A stretch of DNA of 32,000 bases, taken from Propionibacterium ruminifibrarum (lineage in GTDB: Bacteria > Actinomycetota > Actinomycetes > Propionibacteriales > Propionibacteriaceae). Position 1 is the first letter of the stretch; each line of letters begins with the position of its first letter. A model generated the notes under the pieces. It did no database searches. It was not told the origin of the DNA and saw only the letters and a list, made by a program, of their open reading frames with translations. A program made the translations under genes and the position numbers. The stretch lies in the NCBI RefSeq assembly GCF_900289195.1, contig NZ_OMOH01000009.1:1-32000 (forward strand). The letters run 5' to 3'. Positions 7,896 through 16,751 of this stretch are shown here, in pieces.

Positions 7896-9980
7896 TCAGT
7901 CCAGGGCGATGCGGAAGGCGTGGACGGTGTAGGGCGGGAGTTCGCACATGAGGGGTCCCGTGCTGGACAGCTGTTCACCCGACCACGCATCCTGGCATGC
8001 CACGATGGGGCTCTCGGCCGTGACCGTAGCGGTCTGCGGCTCGTCCGTCGGGTTCGCGATGAAGACGACGACATCCTTCGGGTTCGTCGAATTCAGATGG
8101 ATCGTCGAGCGCAGCAGCGGGTTGTCGACTGTCACCGGGGTTTCCCCGAGATCGGCCAGGACCTGGCCCAGTACAGCTGCCATGTCACCGGGCGACACGA
8201 CGACGTGAACGCTTCCCTCGCCGAGCCTCGCCGATCCCGCCGAATTGCCGCCCAGGGCGTCGGAAAGGATCGTGCACGGCTCCATGTCGGCGCCAAGAGT
8301 CGGGATCGTGGGGCCGAGGATCAGCGTCCCACCTTGGCGAACGTAATCGACAAGGGTCTGCTGGGTCTGCGCAGAGAGGAACTCGAAGGTGGTGAGGACA
8401 ACGATCCTGCGCTGCGCGAGCTGCTCGAGATCTGCCTCCGTGTCGCTGATGACGAAGCCGGCACGTGACTGCTCCAAGTTCTCGTACCATGCCCCGAACC
8501 AGTCGCGCTTCGCCAGCTGGACGGGCTGCTGGAATCCGATGTCGCTCTCATCGACGGTGAGAATGTTCGGGTACTCGCTGAACGTGCAGGGGGTCTCCAG
8601 GAAATCGCCCGGGAACGACACGAGTACGCTGGCGGCCTCCAGCCTGTCATAGTCACGATTCGCCAGCAGGACGACCGGGGCGAGAAGATCCATGTGCTGC
8701 CAGTCGAGGCGGTCGAGCATTCTGTTGGCCTGCCCGAAGACGTGGGCCTTGTCCTCGCGCACGGTGCCGTCACGACGGATCGGGGAGTCGAGCCACCTGT
8801 CGCGTTCGACGAGCATGTACCTGCTGAACCCCTTGATGCCATGCATCAGTGCAGCCTTGGTGACGAATTCCTCATCGCGCAGGTCCCCGGGGTTCAGGTA
8901 CCAGGCCCAGACACCTGCGATGAACTCCGGGATGTATGGGTACCGGCTCGACCCGGACACATAGCTCGTGACCGTTTTTACGTGCTGGAAGAGTTCCTTG
9001 CGGGAATAGACATCGAAGCCGACGAAGTCGACAACTCGCTCCAAGGCGATGAGATTGAATGGCGTCGTGAAGTTGGACGAGGCACCGCCCGGCCCAAGCG
9101 GGTGCGGGTAGTTGTGGAAGAGCGGGATCGAGGCCAGGCCACGCTCACGGAGCATGTCGGCGAGCCGGGCAATCGAGTCGACCAGATAGCTCTCCCGGTA
9201 CTCCGCCCAGTCCAAGTAGACCGGCAAGTCGCCGGGCTGCCGTGCGCAGAACTTGCGCGGCGGATCCACGTCCTCCAAGGCGTCGTACCGGGTACGGTGG
9301 GCCTTGGAGATCTCGGCCAGGGAACCGTACTTCTCGGCGAGGAACGCGCGATACTTCTCGATCGAGGTCTCGGAGTAGTCCGACGAATAGTAGTTGAGTC
9401 CGAAGAAATAGGCCATCTCGTTGTCAACCTGGCAGGCGACGAGCCCGCCCTTCGGGTAGGCGTGCCGGGCGAGGATGGGGCAGATCGCGTCATACCACAA
9501 CGCGGTCTCCTCGAAGAACTTGTCAGCGGCGTAGCTCAGGGCCGGGATCGGGCGGGGCGCCTGGGTGAGGACCACTCGCGTACCGCGTGCATTGCGGGCG
9601 TGCAGCGACTCATCAGCGAGGATACGCTGCGGGTACCCGAATCCGGTGAGCTCGGAATTGATTTGCGGCCCCGGCCGCACGACGATGCGAAGACCCTTCT
9701 CCTCACAAAGACTCAGGAAGGCATCAATGTCGTTCGCGGGGTTTACCTCACCGAAATCAAACCTGCCCCGTTCCAGCTCATGGACCTCCCACGGGATGTA
9801 GATGGAGATCATGCGATAACCCATGGCCACGACGGTGTCAAGAATCTCTGACCATTTCTCGGGGTCAAGCCGCCAGTAGTGGACGGCACCGCCGTAGAGC
9901 GCCCCGGGCTCACCCTCGATCCAGAATCTCTGGTTCGCCACCCCGAGCTGAGGCGTCTTTTCCAATGGAACGGTTCCCAT
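7896..9980 (-). CDS. glycoside hydrolase family 35 beta-galactosidase
   Basis: The N-terminal TIM-barrel pattern is typical of GH35: GGAVHYWRLDPEKWSEILDTVVAMGYRMISIYIPWEVHELERGRFDFG...LRIVVRPGPQINSELTGFGYP. The acid/base region is QVDNEM. The nucleophile-like region is YPYIPEFIAGVW. The start is moved from track GTG 9995 to ATG 9980 (MGTVPLE), which has GAAAGGAA 6 nt upstream. Confidence 0.8.
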   Translation of the reverse strand: MGTVPLEKTPQLGVANQRFWIEGEPGALYGGAVHYWRLDPEKWSEILDTVVAMGYRMISIYIPWEVHELERGRFDFGEVNPANDIDAFLSLCEEKGLRIVVRPGPQINSELTGFGYPQRILADESLHARNARGTRVVLTQAPRPIPALSYAADKFFEETALWYDAICPILARHAYPKGGLVACQVDNEMAYFFGLNYYSSDYSETSIEKYRAFLAEKYGSLAEISKAHRTRYDALEDVDPPRKFCARQPGDLPVYLDWAEYRESYLVDSIARLADMLRERGLASIPLFHNYPHPLGPGGASSNFTTPFNLIALERVVDFVGFDVYSRKELFQHVKTVTSYVSGSSRYPYIPEFIAGVWAWYLNPGDLRDEEFVTKAALMHGIKGFSRYMLVERDRWLDSPIRRDGTVREDKAHVFGQANRMLDRLDWQHMDLLAPVVLLANRDYDRLEAASVLVSFPGDFLETPCTFSEYPNILTVDESDIGFQQPVQLAKRDWFGAWYENLEQSRAGFVISDTEADLEQLAQRRIVVLTTFEFLSAQTQQTLVDYVRQGGTLILGPTIPTLGADMEPCTILSDALGGNSAGSARLGEGSVHVVVSPGDMAAVLGQVLADLGETPVTVDNPLLRSTIHLNSTNPKDVVVFIANPTDEPQTATVTAESPIVACQDAWSGEQLSSTGPLMCELPPYTVHAFRIALD

Positions 9981-10000
9981 GTTATTTCCTTTCACTTCTC

Positions 10001-10972
10001 TTATTTCTTGCTGCCCAGCGCCACGGCAAGGATGATGATGATCCCCCGGACGACCTGCTGCTGCGGGGAACTGAGACCCGCCAGAATCAGCCCATTGTTG
10101 ATGAGGCCCATGAAGAGTGCACCGAACACGGTCCCGAGGACTGAGCCACGACCGCCTGCCAGGGCCGTGCCGCCAAGGATGACGGCCGCGATGGCATTCA
10201 TCTCGTCACCCTGACCCCACTGATACCGCCCGGATTGCAGCCGCCCGGCGTACAGCATTCCGCCGAGCGCAGCGACGACCGAGGAGATCAGCATGACCAA
10301 GAATTTTGTTCGGACAACACTGATCCCGGTGTAAATCGAAGCAGTCGGATTGGCACCGACCGAGATGACATGACGTCCGAAGCGGGTCTTCTTGAGAACA
10401 AATGCACCGCAGCCCGCTATGATGAGGAACCAGATCACCAGACCCGGCACCGGGCCGATGTCACCGGAGCCGAAAGCCATGTTGTAGCCCTGCTTCAGGA
10501 TGGGCTGGGGCGCAGAATCAGTGACCCATTGGGCCAGGCCGAACGCGATCCCCATCATTGCCAGAGTCACCAGGAATGACGGGATCTTCACGAAGGCCAC
10601 CAGACTTCCGTTGACGAGACCGATGAGCATCCCGACCATGAGCCCCGCGACGATTCCGGCAAGAATGCCCCAGTGGGAAATCGCCATGGCAGTGACCACG
10701 GAAACGAGTCCGGCAACCGAGCCGACCGACAAATCGATTTCGGCATCGGCGATGACGAAAGTCATCCCCACCGCGATCACGCCGACGATGGCGCTCTGCC
10801 GGAGGATGTTCATGAGGTTTCCACTGGTGAGAAAACCTCGGTCGTCAAGCGCGACAGCGAACAGGATGAAGGTGACGGCGAACGCCAGGTATATGATGTA
10901 CTGCCCAAGGTTCACCCGGCTCAACAGGCCCTTGGCCCGGGAATGCGTTCCCTCGATTCGTAATTCGGTCAT
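10001..10972 (-). CDS. sugar ABC transporter permease (RbsC/CUT2-type)
   Basis: 323-aa polytopic membrane protein with RbsC-like segments: IDLSVGS, GRHVISVGANPTASIYTGI, ILGGTALAGGRGSVLGT. The start overlaps the ATPase stop (ATGA at 10969-10972). Confidence 0.9.
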   Translation of the reverse strand: MTELRIEGTHSRAKGLLSRVNLGQYIIYLAFAVTFILFAVALDDRGFLTSGNLMNILRQSAIVGVIAVGMTFVIADAEIDLSVGSVAGLVSVVTAMAISHWGILAGIVAGLMVGMLIGLVNGSLVAFVKIPSFLVTLAMMGIAFGLAQWVTDSAPQPILKQGYNMAFGSGDIGPVPGLVIWFLIIAGCGAFVLKKTRFGRHVISVGANPTASIYTGISVVRTKFLVMLISSVVAALGGMLYAGRLQSGRYQWGQGDEMNAIAAVILGGTALAGGRGSVLGTVFGALFMGLINNGLILAGLSSPQQQVVRGIIIILAVALGSKK

Positions 10973-12480
10973 TGCTCAACTCCTTGCACCCACATCTCCA
11001 ATGTGGTTTCGTCCCGCACCGCATCCGCCGGAAGACTCCGGATGATGGAGCCACCTCGCATGATGAGATACCGATCACTCATGGCGATGAGTTCCTGGTA
11101 TTCACTCGAAACAACAAGGACGGCACCGCCGTTTCGAGCAAACTCCCTCACCTGTTTGACAATTTCTGATTTCGTTCCGATGTCCACACCCGCGGTCGGC
11201 TCGTCCATGAGCAGCAGACGGGGACCGACCCCCAGCCACTTGCCGATCACCACTTTCTGCTGGTTGCCACCCGACAGCACCTCGACTGGCAGGTTCGGAC
11301 CGGCGCCCCTGATGCCGTAGGAACCGATCAGCTGAACTGCGCGATCCCGTTCGGCGGCCGCGGAGAGCAGACCGCCGCGCAGCACCGCCGAGAGATCCGG
11401 AAGAACGAGGTTCTCCTGGACGGAGTGCTTGAGTATGAGCCCTTGACGGCGCCGGTCCTCGGGAATCAGCACAACGCCTGCTGCGATGGCATCCCTCGGA
11501 CTCCTCGGCGACATGGGTTGACCGTCGAGGACGATACTGCCCCTGGTTGTCAGATTGATTCCGAACAAGGCCTCCAAGAGCTCGGTCCGGCCGGATCCCA
11601 TGAGCCCTGCCACCCCGATGACCTCGCCGGCGTGCACCTCGAAGGAGACATCGTGCAGCTTGCGCTGCGCACTCACGCCGGTGGCTTTCAGCAACACGTC
11701 GCCGCATTGTCCCGAGGAACCAGCAGCGGTGAGGGCCACGGCTTTCCCTGCAATCCCCCGGACGATCTCCTCCTGGGTGATCTCGGAGATCTGCTTGGTG
11801 AGCAGATTCGATCCATTGCGAAGAATCGTTATCCGATCCGCTATCTCGTAGATCTCCTCCATGCGGTGGGATATGTAAATGATGCCGATGCCCTGCTCTC
11901 GCAGGTTCCGCAGCAGCTCAAAAAGCCGATCGGCCTCCTTCCTGGCCAATGACGCGGTGGGCTCGTCCATGATGAGCACCCGAGCTTCCCCCCGTAAGGC
12001 CTTGGCGATTTCGGTGAGCTGCCAGTAGGCCGTGCTCAGACTCGCCAGCTCGGCACGCGGGTCCAGGTCGACCTGCATCCGCCCCAATATCTCCCGGGCG
12101 CCGGAAATCATCTCGGCATCCCGGATGAGCATTGCCGAACGCGGCTCATCGTTGAGGTAGATGTTCTGCGCAACCGTCAGGGAAGGGACTAGGGAGAACT
12201 CTTGGAAGACCATCCCGATGCCCTGACGCCGCGCATCGGCGTATGTGTTCAGTTGGGCCGGCCTCCCCTGGATCTCGATCGTTCCAGCATCTTTCTGGTA
12301 GACGCCTTGGAGGATCTTCATGAGTGTTGATTTACCGGCCCCATTCCCACCCGCCAGCGCGTGTATCTCCCCTGCTCTCACCTCAAAGCCGGCATCATTG
12401 AGGACCTGCACGCCGTTGAAACTCTTGCAGATGCCTGACATCCTGATCAAGGCCGGCTCGGTGCAACCGGACACGGTCAT
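10969..12480 (-). CDS. sugar ABC transporter ATP-binding protein (duplicated ABC domains, RbsA-like)
   Basis: First half: Walker A GGNGAGKST, signature-like region and Walker B LIMDEPT. Second half: degenerate P-loop GLMGSGRTE, LSGGNQQKV and LLMDEPT. The start is taken as ATG 12480 (MTVSGCTEPALIRMSGI...), which forms an ATGA overlap with the SBP stop. The longer track start lies inside the SBP gene. Confidence 0.9.
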   Translation of the reverse strand: MTVSGCTEPALIRMSGICKSFNGVQVLNDAGFEVRAGEIHALAGGNGAGKSTLMKILQGVYQKDAGTIEIQGRPAQLNTYADARRQGIGMVFQEFSLVPSLTVAQNIYLNDEPRSAMLIRDAEMISGAREILGRMQVDLDPRAELASLSTAYWQLTEIAKALRGEARVLIMDEPTASLARKEADRLFELLRNLREQGIGIIYISHRMEEIYEIADRITILRNGSNLLTKQISEITQEEIVRGIAGKAVALTAAGSSGQCGDVLLKATGVSAQRKLHDVSFEVHAGEVIGVAGLMGSGRTELLEALFGINLTTRGSIVLDGQPMSPRSPRDAIAAGVVLIPEDRRRQGLILKHSVQENLVLPDLSAVLRGGLLSAAAERDRAVQLIGSYGIRGAGPNLPVEVLSGGNQQKVVIGKWLGVGPRLLLMDEPTAGVDIGTKSEIVKQVREFARNGGAVLVVSSEYQELIAMSDRYLIMRGGSIIRSLPADAVRDETTLEMWVQGVEQ

Positions 12481-13640
12481 GCTTCCAGCGCCTGCCGGAC
12501 TTCTTCGGGGGGATCGGTGTGATAGACGCTCCGCCACGCATCAGCAACGTTGTCCTTGGTCACCGCCAGCGGGCTCAGCGCGATGAAGGCCGGAATTGAC
12601 TGACCAAGCAGGGCCTTGGCCGCTGCATTTGCCTCAGTGACCCCGGCGTCATAGGGACGCTGTGCTCCGAGTCCGCAGACATACTGACCCTGGGCCATTG
12701 CGATGGCAACGTTCTTGCCAAGATCCTCGGAGGCCAGTCCAAGATCTGTCCGGCTTGCCGAGCGCGCCGCAGCGATGACCCCCTCAGCAGGGACGTCCCA
12801 CACGGCCCAGATGCCGTTCAGATCGGCGTTCTGGTTGAGGAGGGCATCTGCTTGTTTCTGAGCCGAGCCCGCGAGATCTGAACCACTGATGCCTCGCTCC
12901 GCAATGATCTGGATGTCCGGGTAATTGCTCGTGAGCGTCTCCTTGAACCCCTGGTAACGCTGGTTCGTCACGAAGTAATCGGCTTCGTAGTAGATGGCCG
13001 CGATCTTCCCCTGCCCACCGAGGGCCTTCGCCATGAGATGCGCCGAGATCGCTCCGTTCCCGTAGTTGTCAGATGAGACGACACAGGCATAGTCCGGACC
13101 TGCGGTGAAACCGTCCGGACAGTTGTCCATGAACACGACCTTGACGCCTTGGTCCACGGCCATTCGATATGCCGACGCGGTCGCGACAGGATCGGTGGGA
13201 ATGGAGATCAGAATATCCGGTTTCTGGGCCAGGATCGTCTCGACGTCGGACACCTGCTTGCTGGGGTCCATGTTCGCATCCGTGGTCGACGTGATCTTGA
13301 TGCCGAGCTCGTTGAATCGTGACGTGAGGCCGGCGATCTGCGCCGCCGACCAGTCATCACCGCTCGTGTGCATCGCGATTGCAGCAGTCGCCCCCATCGC
13401 CTTCACATTGGCGATGTCGTCCTCGGTGAGGTCAACCTCCGAAGCGGCAGCGGCACTCTCGCCATGCGGCCCCGTTGCGCTCACCGCCGATTCCAGCTGA
13501 CGGATCGCCTCGTCGGCCTTCGCGTTGATCTCCGCATTCGTCGCCGCTGCCGTGCTCTCACCCGAAGACGTACATCCTTGCAGGAACAACGCGCTGATCG
13601 GAATACCAGCCGCAGCAAGCAGGACAGTTCGTCGTTGCAT
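12477..13640 (-). CDS. sugar ABC transporter substrate-binding lipoprotein (periplasmic-binding-protein type I)
   Basis: Signal peptide plus lipobox: MQRRTVLLAAAGIPISALFLQGC. The body is PBP1-like (KPDILISIPTDPVA, VKVVFMDN). ATG 13640 is preceded by GAAGGAG 8 nt upstream. Confidence 0.85.
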   Translation of the reverse strand: MQRRTVLLAAAGIPISALFLQGCTSSGESTAAATNAEINAKADEAIRQLESAVSATGPHGESAAAASEVDLTEDDIANVKAMGATAAIAMHTSGDDWSAAQIAGLTSRFNELGIKITSTTDANMDPSKQVSDVETILAQKPDILISIPTDPVATASAYRMAVDQGVKVVFMDNCPDGFTAGPDYACVVSSDNYGNGAISAHLMAKALGGQGKIAAIYYEADYFVTNQRYQGFKETLTSNYPDIQIIAERGISGSDLAGSAQKQADALLNQNADLNGIWAVWDVPAEGVIAAARSASRTDLGLASEDLGKNVAIAMAQGQYVCGLGAQRPYDAGVTEANAAAKALLGQSIPAFIALSPLAVTKDNVADAWRSVYHTDPPEEVRQALEA

Positions 13641-13700
13641 CGTCAATCTCCTTCGATCCACGTTGACTCACGGTTGACGTTCCCGTCCCAATCCCATGGT

Positions 13701-13737
13701 TGTGAACGTTTCGTCATCACATAGTGTGAACGTTTCG
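13701..13737. promoter_or_regulatory. tandem 13-bp repeat TGTGAACGTTTCG (13701-13713 and 13725-13737); candidate operator pair for the adjacent LacI-family regulator
   Basis: Two identical 13-mers, 24 bp start to start, lie 61-97 nt upstream of the SBP ATG. Each is part of an imperfect 15-bp palindrome TGtGAAcGtTTCgCA. On the minus strand a CACTAT -10-like hexamer lies between them. Confidence 0.45.
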
Positions 13738-14021
13738 CATACCCGTGTCAAGCGCTGCTCCCGCTCTGATCAGTGCCGCTGATGCGGGTCCAGATCGACC
13801 CCGGGCGAGGCATCGCATCCTCTCCCCTGGTGGGCAGCGGGATCGGACAAGAAGGGGCGCGGTACGTGACGTGAACCCCACCCGGCACCCGGCGCAGTGG
13901 TGTGATGCCTGGTTACCGGCGGGCACCACGCCCGCCCCGTCAACCCGGCTCGCTCAGCGGGCTTCCCGTTGCTGTACGCAGGCGGACCGTAACGCGGTGC
14001 CCCGGGTCACCGACCGGGAAC

Positions 14022-15098
14022 TCACCCAGCGGCGCCGGACCGGGCGACAGCGACGCGAGGTCGTGTGACAGAACTCCGCACCGTCAGCACCGGCGGTATG
14101 ACGACCGTGCCGGCTGGTTCGCCCTGGATGAGGCGCAGGAGCATGTGAACAGCTTCCTGTCCCAGACGGTCGAAATCCTGCCGGACGCTGTCGAGCGGGG
14201 GATGGAACTGGGCGGCGAACTCACTGTCGTCGAAGGAGACCACGCTGATGTCGTCCGGCACGCGCACCCCGGCCTCGTAGAAGGCCCTCAGCATCCCCAG
14301 GCACATGAGATCACTCGCAACGAAGATCGAGGAGGGCAGGCCCTCGTCCAGCATGCGCCTGCCCGCGGCATAGCCGCTCTCACCGGTCCAGTCGCCCTGG
14401 ATGTGAGGTGGTGGCTCGATACCCGCTGCGCGCAGCTCGGACTGCCATCCGCGCAACCGCACCCGGCCATCCAGCCAGCTGAGGTCCCCCGCAAGATGAG
14501 CCACTTCACGATGTCCCTGGTCGAGCAGGTGACGTGTCGCGAGCCGCGCACCGTATTCCTGGTCCTCCGAGACGACGGCGACCCCTGGGACGCTTGACTC
14601 CCCGGCAGCGACCATGACGACCGGCACTGAGAACTTCGTCTCGCGGACTGCCTCCGCCAGAGGCAGCTTGGGGGCGATGACCACGATGCCGGCAACACCC
14701 TGATCGATGAAGTGCTGGTACGCGCGAACCGTGCCACGCGAGTCGGCCTCGGCAAGCACCAGGACATTCGCGGCGTATCCCTCGTCCCTGGCCGCGTTCT
14801 CGACAGCAGCGAGAATGCCGGCCGGCCCGTAGCGCGTCGATCCATCGGTGAGGATCCCGATGAGGCTCGACCTCTGCATGACCAGTGCCCGGGCTGCTGG
14901 GTTCGGGACGAAACCCGTCGACTGGATGATCTGCCACACGTGATCGCGGGTATGATCGCTCACCCGTGGGTCATCATTGATCACGCGTGAGACGGTCTGG
15001 TAGGACACATCTGCCAGGCGGGCAACGTCTTTGATGCTCATACGGTCCGAACGGTGGCCCCGCGCGCCTGTCGTACTGGTCTTCTTGGGGTTGCTCAC
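14022..15098 (-). CDS. LacI-family transcriptional regulator
   Basis: N-terminal HTH MSIKDVARLADVSYQTVSRVINDDPRVSDHTRDHVWQIIQSTGFVPNPAARAL, followed by a PBP-like sugar-binding core. GTG 15098 sits 6 nt after a GACAAT -10-like hexamer. An internal ATG at 15041 (MSIKDV) is an alternative start. Confidence 0.9.
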   Translation of the reverse strand: MSNPKKTSTTGARGHRSDRMSIKDVARLADVSYQTVSRVINDDPRVSDHTRDHVWQIIQSTGFVPNPAARALVMQRSSLIGILTDGSTRYGPAGILAAVENAARDEGYAANVLVLAEADSRGTVRAYQHFIDQGVAGIVVIAPKLPLAEAVRETKFSVPVVMVAAGESSVPGVAVVSEDQEYGARLATRHLLDQGHREVAHLAGDLSWLDGRVRLRGWQSELRAAGIEPPPHIQGDWTGESGYAAGRRMLDEGLPSSIFVASDLMCLGMLRAFYEAGVRVPDDISVVSFDDSEFAAQFHPPLDSVRQDFDRLGQEAVHMLLRLIQGEPAGTVVIPPVLTVRSSVTRPRVAVARSGAAG

Positions 15099-15104
15099 CT
15101 CGAA

Positions 15105-15110
15105 ATTGTC
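15105..15110 (-). promoter_or_regulatory. candidate -10 hexamer GACAAT, 6 nt upstream of the lacI-family GTG 15098
   Basis: The minus strand reads GACAAT-TTCGAG-GTG, with no Shine-Dalgarno. Confidence 0.35.
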
Positions 15111-15312
15111 CCACTTCAGTCGTGAGAACTGGCCGACTCGACCCAGATCTCCTCGCCGTTGCGCGGCGCTCCTGCCCCGACGCCCGGCTCTTCAGGCGAT
15201 CACCCATGCGCAACGGTCGCATGAACTGGGCCGGTGCGGTACGCGCCCCGACGACACCGGCAGCCAGCTGTTCACGCCAGGACGAACGCCCGCCTGCACG
15301 CCTGACACGGAC

Positions 15313-15343
15313 GGGGCCGGTCACCACTGAGGTGACCGGCCCC
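15313..15343 (-). terminator. hairpin terminator downstream of pntB
   Basis: Perfect 13-bp stem GGGGCCGGTCACC / GGTGACCGGCCCC with a 5-nt loop. It ends 20 nt after the pntB stop (15363-15365). No U-tract. Confidence 0.55.
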
Positions 15344-15362
15344 GCTCAGCACCGGAGGCTCG

Positions 15363-16751
15363 TCACAGTGCGGCGTTGATGGCGTTGATCGACTCCTTCG
15401 CGTCACCGAAGCACATCACCGTGTTCTCGTTGTAGAACAGCGGGTTCTGCACGCCCGCGTAGCCGGCGCTCATGCCTCGCTTGAAGACGACGACCCTGCC
15501 GGCCTCCCAGACGTGCAGGACGGGCATGCCGGAGATCGGGGTGCCCTGCTCCATGGCGGCGGGGTTGACGGTGTCGTTGGCGCCGATGACGAGCACGACG
15601 TCGGTCGTGTCGAAGTCGTCGTTGATCTCGTCCATCTCCAGGACGATGTCGTACGGTACGTGGGCCTCGGCCAGCAGCACGTTCATGTGGCCGGGCAGGC
15701 GGCCCGCCACCGGGTGAATGCCGAACCGCACCTCGACGTCGTGGCTCTGCAGCTTGCGGATGAGTTCGGCGACCGGGGCCTGCGCCTGCGAGACCGCCAT
15801 GCCGTAGCCGGGCGTGATGATGACCGACGTGGAGCCCTTGAGCAGGTCGGCGACACCGGTCGTGTCGAGCTCGGTGATCTCGCCCTCGGGCCCCTCGCCC
15901 GCCCCGGCGCTGCTCTGGCCGAAACCGCCCAGGATGACCGAGACGAAGTTGCGGTTCATCGCCTTGCACATGATGTACGACAGGATGGCACCGGATGCGC
16001 CGACCAGGGCGCCGGTGACGATGAGGACCGGCAGCTGGAGGCTGAAGCCGCTGAAGGCGGCGGCCCAACCGGAGTAGCTGTTCAGCATCGAGATGACCAC
16101 CGGCATGTCGGCGCCACCGATCGCCGCGACCAGGTGGACGCCGAGCAGCAGCGACAGGATCGTCAGCATGATGAGCGGGAACCAGCCGCCGCCGTTGGCG
16201 AACCAGACGCCGAAGGCGATGATCGCGATGAGGCCGCCCAGGTTGAGCCAGTTGCGTCCGGGCAGGGTCAGCGGCGCCGACTTGATCTTGCCGGCCAGCT
16301 TGCCCCAGGCGACGATCGAGCCGGTGAAGGTGACGGCGCCGATGAAGACGCCGATCCACATCTCGTACATCTGGAAGGCCGGGGCGTCCGGTTCCTCGAT
16401 GAACGCGTTGATGCCCACCAGCACGGCGGCCAGGCCGACGAAGCTGTGCAGCTGGGCGACCAGCTCGGGCATGCCGGTCATCTCGACCTTGGCGGCCTTC
16501 CACAGGCCGATCGCGGCACCGATGATCATGGCGATGACGAGGAGCACCCAGGCGATGGCCTTCGTGTCGCCGCTCGCCACCGAGACGATCGAGGCGATGA
16601 GCGCGAGGGTCATGCCGAGGATGCCGAAGATGTTGCCGCGTTTGGCCGTCTCGTGCTTACTCAGCCCGACGAGGGCGAGAATGAAAAGCAGGCCCGAGAT
16701 GATGTAGGTGGCCTGTGTGAAATTGGCGACGCTCGCTTCGAGGAGAGTCAT
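15363..16751 (-). CDS. pntB: NAD(P) transhydrogenase subunit beta
   Basis: 462 aa. The N-terminal membrane domain begins [27 protein letters not shown]. The C-terminal NADP(H)-binding domain III contains [33 protein letters not shown] and [14 protein letters not shown]. Confidence 0.95.
   Translation of the reverse strand: MTLLEASVANFTQATYIISGLLFILALVGLSKHETAKRGNIFGILGMTLALIASIVSVASGDTKAIAWVLLVIAMIIGAAIGLWKAAKVEMTGMPELVAQLHSFVGLAAVLVGINAFIEEPDAPAFQMYEMWIGVFIGAVTFTGSIVAWGKLAGKIKSAPLTLPGRNWLNLGGLIAIIAFGVWFANGGGWFPLIMLTILSLLLGVHLVAAIGGADMPVVISMLNSYSGWAAAFSGFSLQLPVLIVTGALVGASGAILSYIMCKAMNRNFVSVILGGFGQSSAGAGEGPEGEITELDTTGVADLLKGSTSVIITPGYGMAVSQAQAPVAELIRKLQSHDVEVRFGIHPVAGRLPGHMNVLLAEAHVPYDIVLEMDEINDDFDTTDVVLVIGANDTVNPAAMEQGTPISGMPVLHVWEAGRVVVFKRGMSAGYAGVQNPLFYNENTVMCFGDAKESINAINAAL

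Noticed and set aside
13742-14021. 280-bp gap between the lacI-family stop and the operator repeats, with ORFs 13717..13929(-) and 13745..14068(+) and a small hairpin (GGCGGGC-ACCAC-GCCCGCC at about 13920-13940)
   Set aside because: The ORFs are Arg/Pro/Ala-rich with no start context, so they are not credible CDSs. The 7-bp hairpin might terminate lacI transcription, but it is too short and too GC-generic to call. I saw no covariation-type structure suggesting a riboswitch or sRNA.
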